Positions 7,493-16,096 of a stretch of 40,802 nucleotides of DNA are shown piece after piece; within the stretch, counting starts at the first letter, position 1, and each line of letters begins with the position of its first letter. Origin of the DNA: Candidatus Taylorbacteria bacterium RIFCSPHIGHO2_02_FULL_44_12 (GTDB taxonomy: Bacteria > Patescibacteriota > Minisyncoccia > Phycocordibacterales > PALSA-1337); assembly GCA_001822575.1 (NCBI GenBank), contig MHRM01000012.1, forward strand, positions 6,846-47,647, given 5' to 3'. The translations under genes and the position numbers were made by a program. The notes under the pieces are model-generated. The model was not told where the DNA came from, made no database searches, and saw only the letters and a program-made list of their open reading frames with translations.

Positions 7493-7912
7493 TTATCTCC
7501 CAGGATTACTTCCTGAATTTGGATTTGAAGAAGAAGGAGGAAAAAGGTTACCAAAGTCCGTCCAGGAAGAAGGCCTATTGGCTTGGTTGCCGAGATTGTC
7601 CCCAAATGTATTGCGAAGAATGTTGACGATGCCCCAGAATGAAAGGATCACGAAGAAACCTATCAGACTATACATCAGATATAGACCCGCCTGTTTCCTG
7701 CCCTCGGCGCTATCATTCGGCCGGATGAAATACTGAATAATATACCAGACGAACATGATCACCGCCAAGCCCATCAACAAGAATAGGACCTGGTTCAGAT
7801 AATCAATGATCTGATTGATCAAATACTTGAGATCCTTATCCGCCGCCAAAACCACAAATGGCGCGAATATGGCGAACATGCTAGCGGAAATGATTTTTGT
7901 TTTGTATGTCAT
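7493..7912 (-). CDS. T4SS pilin-like small membrane protein, paralogue 3
   Basis: 139 aa. A signal peptide is followed by two TM helices with the loop RPNDSAEGRKQAGLYLMYSLIGFFV. The C-terminal tail is Ser/Asn/Pro-rich. Confidence 0.6.
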   Translation of the reverse strand: MTYKTKIISASMFAIFAPFVVLAADKDLKYLINQIIDYLNQVLFLLMGLAVIMFVWYIIQYFIRPNDSAEGRKQAGLYLMYSLIGFFVILSFWGIVNILRNTFGDNLGNQANRPSSWTDFGNLFPPSSSNPNSGSNPGR

Positions 7913-7924
7913 GTTGTTTTTATA

Positions 7925-7967
7925 ATTATAACTAGTTACTAGTAACCAGCAACCAGTTACCAGTAAC
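7925..7967 (-). promoter_or_regulatory. Internal promoter (-10 TATAAT) preceded by two GTTAC-N2-GTAAC palindromes (candidate operator pair)
   Basis: The minus strand reads GTTACTGGTAAC-TGGTTGCTG-GTTACTAGTAAC-TAGT-TATAAT-12 nt-ATG(7912). The two 12-nt palindromes are 21 bp apart centre to centre. Confidence 0.4.
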
Positions 7968-8482
7968 TATCTACCCTCCAAGGCATTCCTAGCACTATCC
8001 GTCACTCCCTTATTAACCGTACCTGTAGACTCCAAAGTGCTGATGATGATAGACACCATCAGTCTCGCCCCCAAAACTATAGCCACTCCAGCCACGATCC
8101 ACGACAACCATATTCCGTTCTTTTTCAATTCAGCTGGATTGCCGCGAGAGAGAATAAATCTCAAACCAACCCAGACTATCAGAAGAACGGCAAAAATGAT
8201 CACAATGTAGCTGAATATTTCTAGAAACTTTTCTATCAAAGCCCCTATTGAACCTAGATTTTTGCTCAATGGGTTCTGCAAAGGGATTATCTTGCCATTG
8301 CCGGCAGTGCCGCCCGCGGAACTTGGATTTACTGAATTACCAGCCGGCCCACCTACGGTCGTGTTATTTGCTGGAGGATTTTGGGCATATGAGATTGATG
8401 GTACAGAAACAAGAAATGTTCCAATTGTTAAGACGAGTAGGAAGTAGGAATAAGGAGGTAGGAAGTATGGGGGGGTTTTCAT
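7967..8482 (-). CDS. T4SS pilin-like small membrane protein, paralogue 4
   Basis: 171 aa. It starts with an MKTPPYFL signal region and a Gly/Asn/Pro-rich spacer. The motif NPL...SIGALIEKFLE and two TM helices with the loop SRGNPAELKKNGIWLSWIVAGVAIV follow. Confidence 0.65.
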   Translation of the reverse strand: MKTPPYFLPPYSYFLLVLTIGTFLVSVPSISYAQNPPANNTTVGGPAGNSVNPSSAGGTAGNGKIIPLQNPLSKNLGSIGALIEKFLEIFSYIVIIFAVLLIVWVGLRFILSRGNPAELKKNGIWLSWIVAGVAIVLGARLMVSIIISTLESTGTVNKGVTDSARNALEGR

Positions 8483-8506
8483 GATGTTAAAATGAAATAC
8501 AAAATC

Positions 8507-8992
8507 CTAGGAGCCGAGCAAGAATTTGAAGCCTTGATTGTCCGTAAGCCATGAAAGAAGCTGATAGACGATAAACCAGGCTGACAGCATAAGTATAAAC
8601 CCGAGACCGATCTTTGGGAACATACTCGTGGCTTTTGAGATATTTGCGGGCTTGCCGGTGATATATAAATACCCTGCCCATGAAAAGCCAAATATGGCCG
8701 CGAAAACACCGCCCACCATCATGATATTCAAAATATGCTGAACTTGTAGCATCAGTCCCTTGAAATCACATGGAACATATTTTGGATCATAATCTGGACT
8801 GGAAGGTTTGTTGGCTCCCGCCGGACCATCGCAAACGATAAATTTGAAGATTCCTCTGCCCTGACTGTCTGTTTCGCTAATATTGATAGAAGGAGCGGGT
8901 TGGGCATTGACTGAAGAGACATTTATGATCAGAGAAAAAACCATAAGTGCGAATAAGGAAGTGGGAATTAGGAAGTAGGGGGGAGTTTTCAT
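8507..8992 (-). CDS. T4SS pilin-like small membrane protein, paralogue 5
   Basis: 161 aa with the same MKTPPYFL N-terminus as paralogue 4. It has two Cys residues in the exposed part and two TM helices with the loop TGKPANISKATSMFPKIGLGFILML. Confidence 0.6.
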   Translation of the reverse strand: MKTPPYFLIPTSLFALMVFSLIINVSSVNAQPAPSINISETDSQGRGIFKFIVCDGPAGANKPSSPDYDPKYVPCDFKGLMLQVQHILNIMMVGGVFAAIFGFSWAGYLYITGKPANISKATSMFPKIGLGFILMLSAWFIVYQLLSWLTDNQGFKFLLGS

Positions 8993-9001
8993 GATATTGT
9001 C

Positions 9002-10294
9002 TTATTCTTCTAGAGCCTGCTGTAATAGCGAACTATATTGATCCTGGGCATCATTCAAGGCTTGGGTGATACTGCGACGACCGCTAGTCAGAGACTCAAC
9101 CAAAGTTGTGAAGACTTGTCGCGAATCAGCCGGATCGGTATCTGGCCAGGTTCGAGCCACTAAGGCCGCCTGGTTGAATATGGATATATACGAATCCGAA
9201 GAGCCTTGAGTTATGAGGTCGCGACGGACTGTCGGCAAATACATGGTCCTGGAAAGTTCCGCTATATTCTCGGGCAAAGTCAAGGCCTTAATGACTTCGT
9301 AAGTAGCGGATTGATTGGGCGAAGCTCGAACAATTGATAAGCCGTACATTTTGCCGTAAGTGGCTTTTTGTCCGCCTGTCCGTAGCTGTGGCAAAAGAGC
9401 CGCGTCAAAGTTCAGGTTGGGATTTTTGTCGTGAATATCACCGAGCTCCGAAGCAAAACCAAAATAGATAGCCAATGTGCCGCCCAAAAAGGCTGATTTG
9501 GACTGTGGCAATCCCCTATTCCAGGAATAATCTTCATTGGAAGGATCGGCAAAGCGGACGAAAAATTGGAGAGGTGAAGACAAGCTTGGATTCTGGGTGC
9601 CAAACAAGGTGATGGAAAAACCATTGTTAGTTCTAGAGACTATAGGGTTGCCTGCCTGCAAGAATAGAGATCCAAGCAATTCACGGGCATTGGTAATATT
9701 GGAAAACTCGCCCATAGCCAAAGCCGACTTGCGAATATTGCCATTTGTATCTTTGGTTGTCAGTTTGGCAACCAGAGAATCAAACTCATCCCAATAGCGC
9801 GGATAAGTAGCGATGCCGGCAGAATCAAAAGTATCTCTATTCCAGAACATGATCAAGGGATCAATGGTAAATGGCAAAGCCATAAGACCATCCGGGAAGA
9901 GATATATTTCCCCTTCTTGAATATAAGTATCACGAAAGTCCCGTTGGGATATTAATTCATAAGGTATGGGGTAAATCTTGTCAGTGTGGGGCAGAAACAT
10001 ATCAGCCGTTATAAGAATGGCGTCCGGTCCTCTGCCGCGGGCCAAAACCGATATGAAGTCTCGCGAGAATTGCTCGGGGCGTTTCTCCGTGTATGAGACG
10101 GTGAATTTTTGAGTGGAAGCATTGCTCACCATAGCCGCGTATTGTTCAAAAATATCAGAAGGAAATGTCCCCCAGATTGTTATTGGCGGCAAAGTCTCCC
10201 CGCTTCCCGAACCTTTGTAGGTGGCAAAAGCCGTCACCCCGGCGATAATAAAAAGTATAAATATGGACAAGGTTATGATTTGAAATTTACTCAT
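9002..10294 (-). CDS. Extracellular solute-binding protein (ABC-type, family 1 / MalE-like), membrane-anchored, no cognate permease or ATPase nearby
   Basis: 430 aa with an N-terminal TM anchor. SBP-like blocks are present (ITIWGTF, DAILITADMF, PFTIDPLIMFWNRDTFDSAGI...YWDEF). Confidence 0.65.
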   Translation of the reverse strand: MSKFQIITLSIFILFIIAGVTAFATYKGSGSGETLPPITIWGTFPSDIFEQYAAMVSNASTQKFTVSYTEKRPEQFSRDFISVLARGRGPDAILITADMFLPHTDKIYPIPYELISQRDFRDTYIQEGEIYLFPDGLMALPFTIDPLIMFWNRDTFDSAGIATYPRYWDEFDSLVAKLTTKDTNGNIRKSALAMGEFSNITNARELLGSLFLQAGNPIVSRTNNGFSITLFGTQNPSLSSPLQFFVRFADPSNEDYSWNRGLPQSKSAFLGGTLAIYFGFASELGDIHDKNPNLNFDAALLPQLRTGGQKATYGKMYGLSIVRASPNQSATYEVIKALTLPENIAELSRTMYLPTVRRDLITQGSSDSYISIFNQAALVARTWPDTDPADSRQVFTTLVESLTSGRRSITQALNDAQDQYSSLLQQALEE

Positions 10295-10310
10295 ATGATA
10301 TAGGCTGGAA

Positions 10311-10832
10311 TTATCGGCTTAATATCAGACCATAGTGGTGATCACCGGCTGGAAATGACTGTTCCCAGACGAAGCCGTTCTTCTCAAAAAGAATTCTGGT
10401 TTCAGCCGAAGAAATACTATTTTTCGGGGACATAGAACCGCCTGGTTCCCAGTCTACCACCAGGACCTTGCCTCCAGTTTTCAAAACTCGCTTAATTTCC
10501 AGGACAAAATCATCTCTTTTTGAGATTTCAATCTGAAAAAGAATGTTGGAAGCTATCACCCTGTCGGCCATGGATTCGCGCAACTTCGTCCCGCCGATCT
10601 TCTCCAGATCTCCAACTATGACCTCTATGTTACGAATACCTTGGGCGGAAGAAATAGAACGCAATCTCTCCAAAAGATCTTTTTGGATATCTATGGCATA
10701 AACACGACCGCTGGCTCCAACCCTTCGGCCAGATTCTATGCTATAAAAACCAGAACCGGCCCCAAGGTCAACGACCTTCATGCCTTCAACTAGACCAAGC
10801 TTGGCGATATTGGCGGCCGGTTCGGAGAACAT
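10311..10832 (-). CDS. Class I SAM-dependent methyltransferase
   Basis: 173 aa. Motif I is VVDLGAGSGFYS, post-I is VYAIDIQ, and GGKVLVVDW follows. Confidence 0.8.
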   Translation of the reverse strand: MFSEPAANIAKLGLVEGMKVVDLGAGSGFYSIESGRRVGASGRVYAIDIQKDLLERLRSISSAQGIRNIEVIVGDLEKIGGTKLRESMADRVIASNILFQIEISKRDDFVLEIKRVLKTGGKVLVVDWEPGGSMSPKNSISSAETRILFEKNGFVWEQSFPAGDHHYGLILSR

Positions 10833-10838
10833 TCCCTC

Positions 10839-10847
10839 ATTATAACA
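10839..10847 (-). promoter_or_regulatory. Extended -10 promoter (TGTTATAAT) 6 nt upstream of the methyltransferase ATG (leaderless configuration)
   Basis: The minus strand reads CTTGTTATAAT-GAGGGA-ATG. Confidence 0.5.
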
Positions 10848-10887
10848 AGAAATGGATGGGAAGGAGAGATATTGTGGGGACAGAATT

Positions 10888-11085
10888 GTTTTTCAATGTC
10901 TCGCCTTGCCTGTCCGCAAACAACGCCCAAAGCCGAATCATCTCCTTCGCAAACCCGATTTTTAAAAAAATAAAGATTATATCCTGTATACAACTCGCGT
11001 ATTGCTAAAGAATCAGGGTTTGTGAAGGAGATGATCGGCGGAGGGCGGAGGTTTGATAGCAGGCAAGGCGAGACATTACAAAAAT
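10888..11085. repeat. ~198-nt long imperfect palindrome (MITE-like) abutting the gyrA stop codon
   Basis: A perfect 18-bp inverted repeat pairs AATGTCTCGCCTTGCCTG (10895-10912) with CAGGCAAGGCGAGACATT (11060-11077). A second conserved arm block pairs GAATCATCTCCTTCGCAAACCCGATT (10935-10960) with AATCAGGGTTTGTGAAGGAGATGATC (11011-11036). Confidence 0.8.
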
Positions 11086-13550
11086 ATCAATGTCGCCAGA
11101 GAATCACCTTCACGCAATTTCATGATCCGGACGCCCTGGGTAGAGCGACCCAAGCTTGGTATCTCCTTTATGTCAACGCGGATGACCTGGCTCTTTTTGG
11201 ACATAGCCACCACTTCCTGATCTTCATCAGTAACAACCTTGGCCGCCATCAATGAACCGGTCTTGGTCGTGACATTCATGGTCAATATGCCCGATCCGCC
11301 GCGTTTTTGGATTTTGTATTCGGACAGTTTGGTTTTTTTGCCATAACCATTTGCGCCCATCACGAACAAGGACGGATTCTTGGCTTCCTTGGAAACAATA
11401 TCCGCTGATATGACCTGATCGCCTTTTGAGAGCTTTATGACCCTGACTCCGGCGGCATTCCTGCCCATTTGCCTAACATCACTTTCCTTGAAATGAATAG
11501 ACTGGCCTTCCTTGGTGGCAATAACCACATCGTCGCCAAGGGAAGCGAATGACACCGAGATCAATTCATCGCCAGACTCCAAGGTGATGGCGATCAAGCC
11601 CGAACGGCGAACATCCCGAAAATGGGAAGCCGCGGACTTCTTGCCGGTACCCGCCCGAGTAACCATGAACAGTGACATTCCTTCAGCCGCCTTTTTGTCT
11701 CTGGGCATAGGCAAGATTGATGTGACCTGTTCACCCTCGGACAAGGGTAGGAAATTCATCACCGACTTGCCTTTGGTGGCTCTACGAGCTTCGGGTATAT
11801 CGTACATCTTGATCTGATAAGCCTTGCCACGATCGGTGAAGAACAGAAGATCATTGTGAGTGGTGGCATAGACCAGATGGGTGATAAAGTCTTCTTCTTT
11901 GGTATCAAGATCTACCACCCCGACGCCGCCACGCTTTTGTCTGCGGTATTCGGATGGATCAGTCCGTTTTATATATCCGCCCTTGGTGAAGACCAATACG
12001 GACTCCTGATCAGGAATGAGATCTTCAGCGCTAAACTCTTTGATACCGTGTTTGACAAGTTTGGTCCGACGATCGTCTCCATATTTAGCAGATATAGCGG
12101 TAAGTTCGTCTTTGATGATAGTTCTGACTCTCTTTTCGCTAGCCAGAATGCTTTTGAGCTCGGCAATCAAGGCTTGGATTTCGGATAGTTCTTCCAGGAC
12201 TTTCTTGCGTTCCAATCCGGCTAGTTTTGCCAATCTCATCTCCAATATGGCCGTGGCTTGTTTGTCGCTAAATTTGAACTTTTTTATCAGGTTGGCATGA
12301 GCAGAAATAGCATCCACCGAACCACGAATGAGACTGATGATTTCGTCTATGTGGTCAAGAGCTTTTTTGAGACCGATCAGGATATGTTCGCGATCTTCGG
12401 CTCTAGTTAGCTCAAATTGGGATTTGCGTCGGACCACCGCTATCCGGTGTTTGATAAATTCTTCCAAAATAGACTTGAGGGAGAGAGTGTGGGGGACGCC
12501 GTCAACCAGAGCCACCATATTGACATGGAAGGCGTCTTCCAAACGAGTGTGTTTGTACAGGAGATTCAAAACTTTCTCGGGATAAGATCCCTGCTTGAGC
12601 TCTATGACTATCCTCATATCCTTGTCGGACTCATCTCGCAGACCCCTGACCCCCTCTATCACTTTTTCCCGAACCAGATCGGCTATCTTGATAATCAGAT
12701 CTGTCTTGTTGACCATATAGGGGATGGAAGTGATGATGATCTGGACCGAACCCTTCTTGTCCTCCACTATCTCGGCTTCACCACGGACCGATATACCGCC
12801 GCGACCAGTGGCATAGGCGTGGTGAATGTCTTTTTCTCCATACATCACTGCCCCAGTCGGGAAATCTGGTCCTTTGACAAATTGGAGAAGATCTTCGGTG
12901 GTGGCGGTTGGTTCGTCTACTAGATGCAAGGTGGCATTTATGATTTCGCCAAGATTGTGAGGAGCGATATTAGTAGCCATACCGACGGCAATACCCAGAG
13001 TTCCATTCAAGAGAAGATTTGGCACGGCTGTGGGCATAACTGTCGGTTCGGTCCGAGTGCCATCATAGTTTGGCCGAAAATCAACAGTGTTCTTGTCTAT
13101 ATCACCGAGAAGTTCGGCCGAAAGACGAGACATTTTGGCTTCGGTATAACGCATGGCCGCGGCTGGATCGCCGTCTATGTTGCCAAAATTGCCTTGACCA
13201 TAGACCAGGGGATATCTCATGGAGAAATCCTGGGCCATCCTTACCATAGACTCGTATACAGCGGCATCTCCATGAGGATGATAGCTACCGAGGACATCTC
13301 CGACGACCACGGCCGATTTGCGGAATTTGGCGGAAAAAGTCAAGCCTTTTTCGTGCATGGCGAAGAGAATACGACGGTGTACGGGCTTGAGTCCATCACG
13401 AACATCGGGAAGAGCCCGATCGGTGATCACGGACATGGCGTAGTCAAGAAAAGACTCGCGCATCTCGGTGCTAATATTCCGAGCCACAATACCTATATGT
13501 GGTGGTTTATTGGGGATTTTTGGTTCCAGTGAATCAGATTTCTTGGCCAT
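11076..13550 (-). CDS. gyrA: DNA gyrase subunit A
   Basis: 824 aa with [26 protein letters not shown], the active-site AAMRYTE motif and C-terminal beta-pinwheel repeats. Confidence 0.95.
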   Translation of the reverse strand: MAKKSDSLEPKIPNKPPHIGIVARNISTEMRESFLDYAMSVITDRALPDVRDGLKPVHRRILFAMHEKGLTFSAKFRKSAVVVGDVLGSYHPHGDAAVYESMVRMAQDFSMRYPLVYGQGNFGNIDGDPAAAMRYTEAKMSRLSAELLGDIDKNTVDFRPNYDGTRTEPTVMPTAVPNLLLNGTLGIAVGMATNIAPHNLGEIINATLHLVDEPTATTEDLLQFVKGPDFPTGAVMYGEKDIHHAYATGRGGISVRGEAEIVEDKKGSVQIIITSIPYMVNKTDLIIKIADLVREKVIEGVRGLRDESDKDMRIVIELKQGSYPEKVLNLLYKHTRLEDAFHVNMVALVDGVPHTLSLKSILEEFIKHRIAVVRRKSQFELTRAEDREHILIGLKKALDHIDEIISLIRGSVDAISAHANLIKKFKFSDKQATAILEMRLAKLAGLERKKVLEELSEIQALIAELKSILASEKRVRTIIKDELTAISAKYGDDRRTKLVKHGIKEFSAEDLIPDQESVLVFTKGGYIKRTDPSEYRRQKRGGVGVVDLDTKEEDFITHLVYATTHNDLLFFTDRGKAYQIKMYDIPEARRATKGKSVMNFLPLSEGEQVTSILPMPRDKKAAEGMSLFMVTRAGTGKKSAASHFRDVRRSGLIAITLESGDELISVSFASLGDDVVIATKEGQSIHFKESDVRQMGRNAAGVRVIKLSKGDQVISADIVSKEAKNPSLFVMGANGYGKKTKLSEYKIQKRGGSGILTMNVTTKTGSLMAAKVVTDEDQEVVAMSKKSQVIRVDIKEIPSLGRSTQGVRIMKLREGDSLATLIFL

Positions 13551-13555
13551 GATAT

Positions 13556-13855
13556 TTATTTCCCGGGACTGACTTGAATCTCATTGTACTCTACTTTTCG
13601 GGAGCCAAATATTAGGTGCTTTATGTCGTCAAATAGTATTCCAGCCCCAGCGACCAGAGACTGGGTGGGAGATTGTGCTTTGCGGGAGGTCCCTATCACT
13701 GCCGTCGCTCCGGAACCACCACCAATAGAGAATGAAGCCAGCCAAAATATGGCGATGATGGCTGTTACCGTAAAAGAAGACCAAAAAGCGATCCTCTTGC
13801 GAATATGGTGAGGCTTGTCTCGCAAGCGTTCTATGTGTGAAGTTATTGAAGCCAT
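13556..13855 (-). CDS. Small single-pass membrane protein (hypothetical)
   Basis: The ORF track gives 13556-13888. The internal start MASITSH at 13855 avoids overlap with the upstream gene. The TM helix is [19 protein letters not shown]. Confidence 0.45.
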   Translation of the reverse strand: MASITSHIERLRDKPHHIRKRIAFWSSFTVTAIIAIFWLASFSIGGGSGATAVIGTSRKAQSPTQSLVAGAGILFDDIKHLIFGSRKVEYNEIQVSPGK

Positions 13856-13868
13856 AAAAAAACAAAAT

Positions 13869-14501
13869 TCATTCTCTTTGGAGAACAATCACTTGGGAAT
13901 CTTTGCCTTCCAAATCCTTTTTCTTTAGGGTTAATTTTAACACAGGATCGGGATTTTCGCCGGCTTCTTTGAGGAAGATCTTCAGGGCGTCTTTGCCCAT
14001 CCCGTCGCCATAATGGATCGGAATAATGATCTTGGGATTTATAGTTATGGCCAGTTTGTAAGCGGCCGAAGGATCTAGTATCCCTTGTCCACCAATGGGA
14101 ATAAAAAGAATGTCCACATCGTCAATGGCTTCCTCGGCTTCTTTGGGCAAGTCGGGAGTAGATAGAGCTCCTAGGTGGCAAATACGCATGCCCTCCAAGG
14201 CCACCATGTATATTGTATTGATTCGCTCTTCGGCTTTGTATCTTGAAGTGGAAGAAAATCCAGTGATGAATACGCTCCGTATCTCATATTCCCCAGGTCC
14301 GGAAATGACAAACGGCTTTTTGTCGCCAAAAGAAACAGTGTCCACGCCATTCATGTCGGAATGATTGAGGCTGGAAAGGACGATGTCAGCTCCAAATTTT
14401 GAAGACTTCAAGCTTGAATCTTTGGATATGGGATCAAAGGCCAGAACAATCTCTCCGAACTGGATTTTGACAAATGATCCGCCAAGATAGGTGATGATCA
14501 T
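13869..14501 (-). CDS. MBL-fold metal-dependent hydrolase (UPF0173 / Lactamase_B_3-like)
   Basis: 210 aa with MIITYLGGSFVKIQ..., ADIVLSSLNHSDM and ICHLGAL...DILFIPIGG motifs, typical of this small MBL family. Confidence 0.65.
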   Translation of the reverse strand: MIITYLGGSFVKIQFGEIVLAFDPISKDSSLKSSKFGADIVLSSLNHSDMNGVDTVSFGDKKPFVISGPGEYEIRSVFITGFSSTSRYKAEERINTIYMVALEGMRICHLGALSTPDLPKEAEEAIDDVDILFIPIGGQGILDPSAAYKLAITINPKIIIPIHYGDGMGKDALKIFLKEAGENPDPVLKLTLKKKDLEGKDSQVIVLQRE

Positions 14502-14507
14502 AGTTAT

Positions 14508-14516
14508 ACATTACCA
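14508..14516 (-). promoter_or_regulatory. Extended -10 (TGGTAATGT) 6 nt upstream of the ATG (leaderless configuration)
   Basis: The minus strand reads TGGTAATGT-ATAACT-ATG(14501). Confidence 0.45.
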
Positions 14517-14525
14517 TACCTTGTC

Positions 14526-14545
14526 ATTCCCGCGAAAGCGGGAAT
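14526..14545. repeat. Short hairpin repeat ATTCCCGC-GAAA-GCGGGAAT
   Basis: A perfect 8-bp stem with a GNRA-type loop lies in the divergent intergenic region. It generates the spurious peptide SFPRKRES in ORF 14491-14676. Confidence 0.7.
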
Positions 14546-14588
14546 CCAGGGTCCTACAACAGTTTTTTAAACTATACCACCTATCGCT

Positions 14589-14677
14589 GACCCGACCCCT
14601 CTCGGCGAGACCAGCTCTCCCTTCGTTTTGCTCCGCAAAAGTCGGGAGACTGGCTCTCGCCTGCGGAGGCGGCTGAC
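14589..14677. repeat. Structured palindromic element, intergenic copy (paralogue of the hisS-internal copy)
   Basis: CCCTCTCGGCGAGACCAGCTCTCCCTTCGTTTTGCTCCGCAAAAGTCGGGAGACTGGCTCTCGCCTGCGGAGGCGGCTGAC is roughly 85% identical by eye to 29572-29660. It forms a nested hairpin of about 17 bp outside and 6 bp inside. Confidence 0.85.
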
Positions 14678-14823
14678 AGATGAAAAGGAGGTGATAATAG
14701 ACATATCAAAATCATCGTGATAGATTGAATATGTAGAGTTTTGTTGCCGTTCGTTTACCACAAAGTTCGCGTCATCCCGCACTTATCTTTATTATCAAAT
14801 AAAAAGCGGAGCGCGATTCATTC

Positions 14824-16053
14824 ATGTTCAAAAAAATAAGAGAAACCCTGTCAAGTTCAAAGAAACAAAAAACTGAAGAAACCGATCCTGTGTCAACTGA
14901 ACTAAAAGCATATCTAGGAGAGGAAACTGAAAAGAAAAAGACTATTCACTCAAGCGAAAAAAAGACAGATGTCAAAGTTATCGCCGAAAAGACTGGCGCT
15001 ATGGCTCCTTTTCTGAATATCATGAAGGATCCGCCGCAGATCGGAGATCTGGTGGAGGGTCCGGTGATTGCCGTAGAGAAGTCCTCGGTTTTTATTGACC
15101 TGCCGCCATTTGGGACCGGTATCATTTATGGCCGTGAATTTATCGTTGCCCGTGATGTCATCAAAAAGATCAATATTGGCGACATGGTGGCCGCAAAGAT
15201 CGTAGACAATGCCCACAAAGAAGGTTATTACGAATTGTCTCTGAAAGAGGCCCGCCAGGCTCTGATCTGGAGCGAAGCCGAAACAGCTATCAAGGAAAAG
15301 AAAACTCTTGACCTCTTGGTCAAAGAAGCCAATAAGGGTGGCTTACTCGTAGAATGGCAAGGGATCGTCGGTTTCCTACCAGCCTCACAACTCAAGGCCG
15401 AACATTATCCGCGGGTAACTGACGGAGACAAAGACAAGATCCTGGAAGAGCTCAAAAAACTTGTCGGCACCCGTCTATCCGTATCCATCATCGCCGCTGA
15501 TCCCAAAGAAGGCAAACTAATATTCTCGGAAAAGGGCTCCGAGCACAAAGAAAAAGAAAAGATCGTCAGCAAATACGAAATAGGCGACGAAGTGGAAGGG
15601 GTTGTGACCGGAGTGGTTGATTTTGGAGTCTTTGTCAAACTAGAAGAGGGACTGGAGGGCCTAGTCCATATATCCGAAATAGATTGGGGTCTGGTGGACG
15701 ATCCACGCAATTTTCTCAAAGTTGGCCAAAATATCCGAGCCAAAATCATAGAGATCAAAGACGGCAAGATCTCTCTATCTCTCAAACAGCTCAAAGCCAA
15801 CCCCTGGGTGGAAGCCGCCAAAAAATACAAAAAAGACAGCCTTGTTACGGGTGTAATCATCAAATTTAACAAACACGGAGCTCTGGCTTCGGTAGAGGAA
15901 GGAGTAGCGGGATTGGTTCATATTTCAGAATTTGGTTCCGAAGAAAAACTCCGATCGGCCCTTGAATTGGGCAAAACCTACCCATTCAAGATCACTCTCT
16001 TTGATCCCAAAGACCAAAAGATGGCGTTGTCATATGGTGCAGAGAAGAAGTAA
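14824..16053 (+). CDS. rpsA: 30S ribosomal protein S1 (four S1 domains, Lys/Glu-rich N-terminal extension)
   Basis: 409 aa with repeated S1 motifs (GDLVEGPV..., GYYELSLK, GDEVEGVVTGVVDFGVFVKL, GLVHISE twice). A GGAG lies 14 nt upstream of the ATG. Confidence 0.85.
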   Translation: MFKKIRETLSSSKKQKTEETDPVSTELKAYLGEETEKKKTIHSSEKKTDVKVIAEKTGAMAPFLNIMKDPPQIGDLVEGPVIAVEKSSVFIDLPPFGTGIIYGREFIVARDVIKKINIGDMVAAKIVDNAHKEGYYELSLKEARQALIWSEAETAIKEKKTLDLLVKEANKGGLLVEWQGIVGFLPASQLKAEHYPRVTDGDKDKILEELKKLVGTRLSVSIIAADPKEGKLIFSEKGSEHKEKEKIVSKYEIGDEVEGVVTGVVDFGVFVKLEEGLEGLVHISEIDWGLVDDPRNFLKVGQNIRAKIIEIKDGKISLSLKQLKANPWVEAAKKYKKDSLVTGVIIKFNKHGALASVEEGVAGLVHISEFGSEEKLRSALELGKTYPFKITLFDPKDQKMALSYGAEKK

Positions 16054-16064
16054 CGAGGTTTCAG

Positions 16065-16096
16065 CGAGGCGAGGCCTTGCAGAGGTCGGACCTATG
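16065..16096. repeat. Dispersed palindrome family, copy 4 (CGAGGCGAGGCCTTG + AGAGGTCGGACCTATG)
   Basis: It fills the convergent rpsA/pth junction and overlaps the pth stop codon. Confidence 0.8.

Noticed and set aside
11512-13532. Plus-strand ORFs (up to 202 aa) antisense to gyrA
   Set aside because: They lie entirely inside the strongly conserved gyrA frame on the opposite strand and have no recognisable motifs. They are typical shadow ORFs.
14683-14698. AAGGAGGTGAT, whose complement resembles the 3' end of 16S rRNA (a possible rRNA fragment or strong SD)
   Set aside because: No rRNA-like sequence flanks it, and no start codon follows at SD distance (GTG is followed immediately by stops). 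It is most likely a chance match or part of the neighbouring repeat.
14491-14782. Short ORFs (61 and 71 aa) in the MBL-hydrolase/rpsA divergent spacer, including the peptide SFPRKRESR
   Set aside because: They are translations of the hairpin repeat ATTCCCGCGAAAGCGGGAAT and of the structured element at 14589-14677. They have no start context or coding signal.
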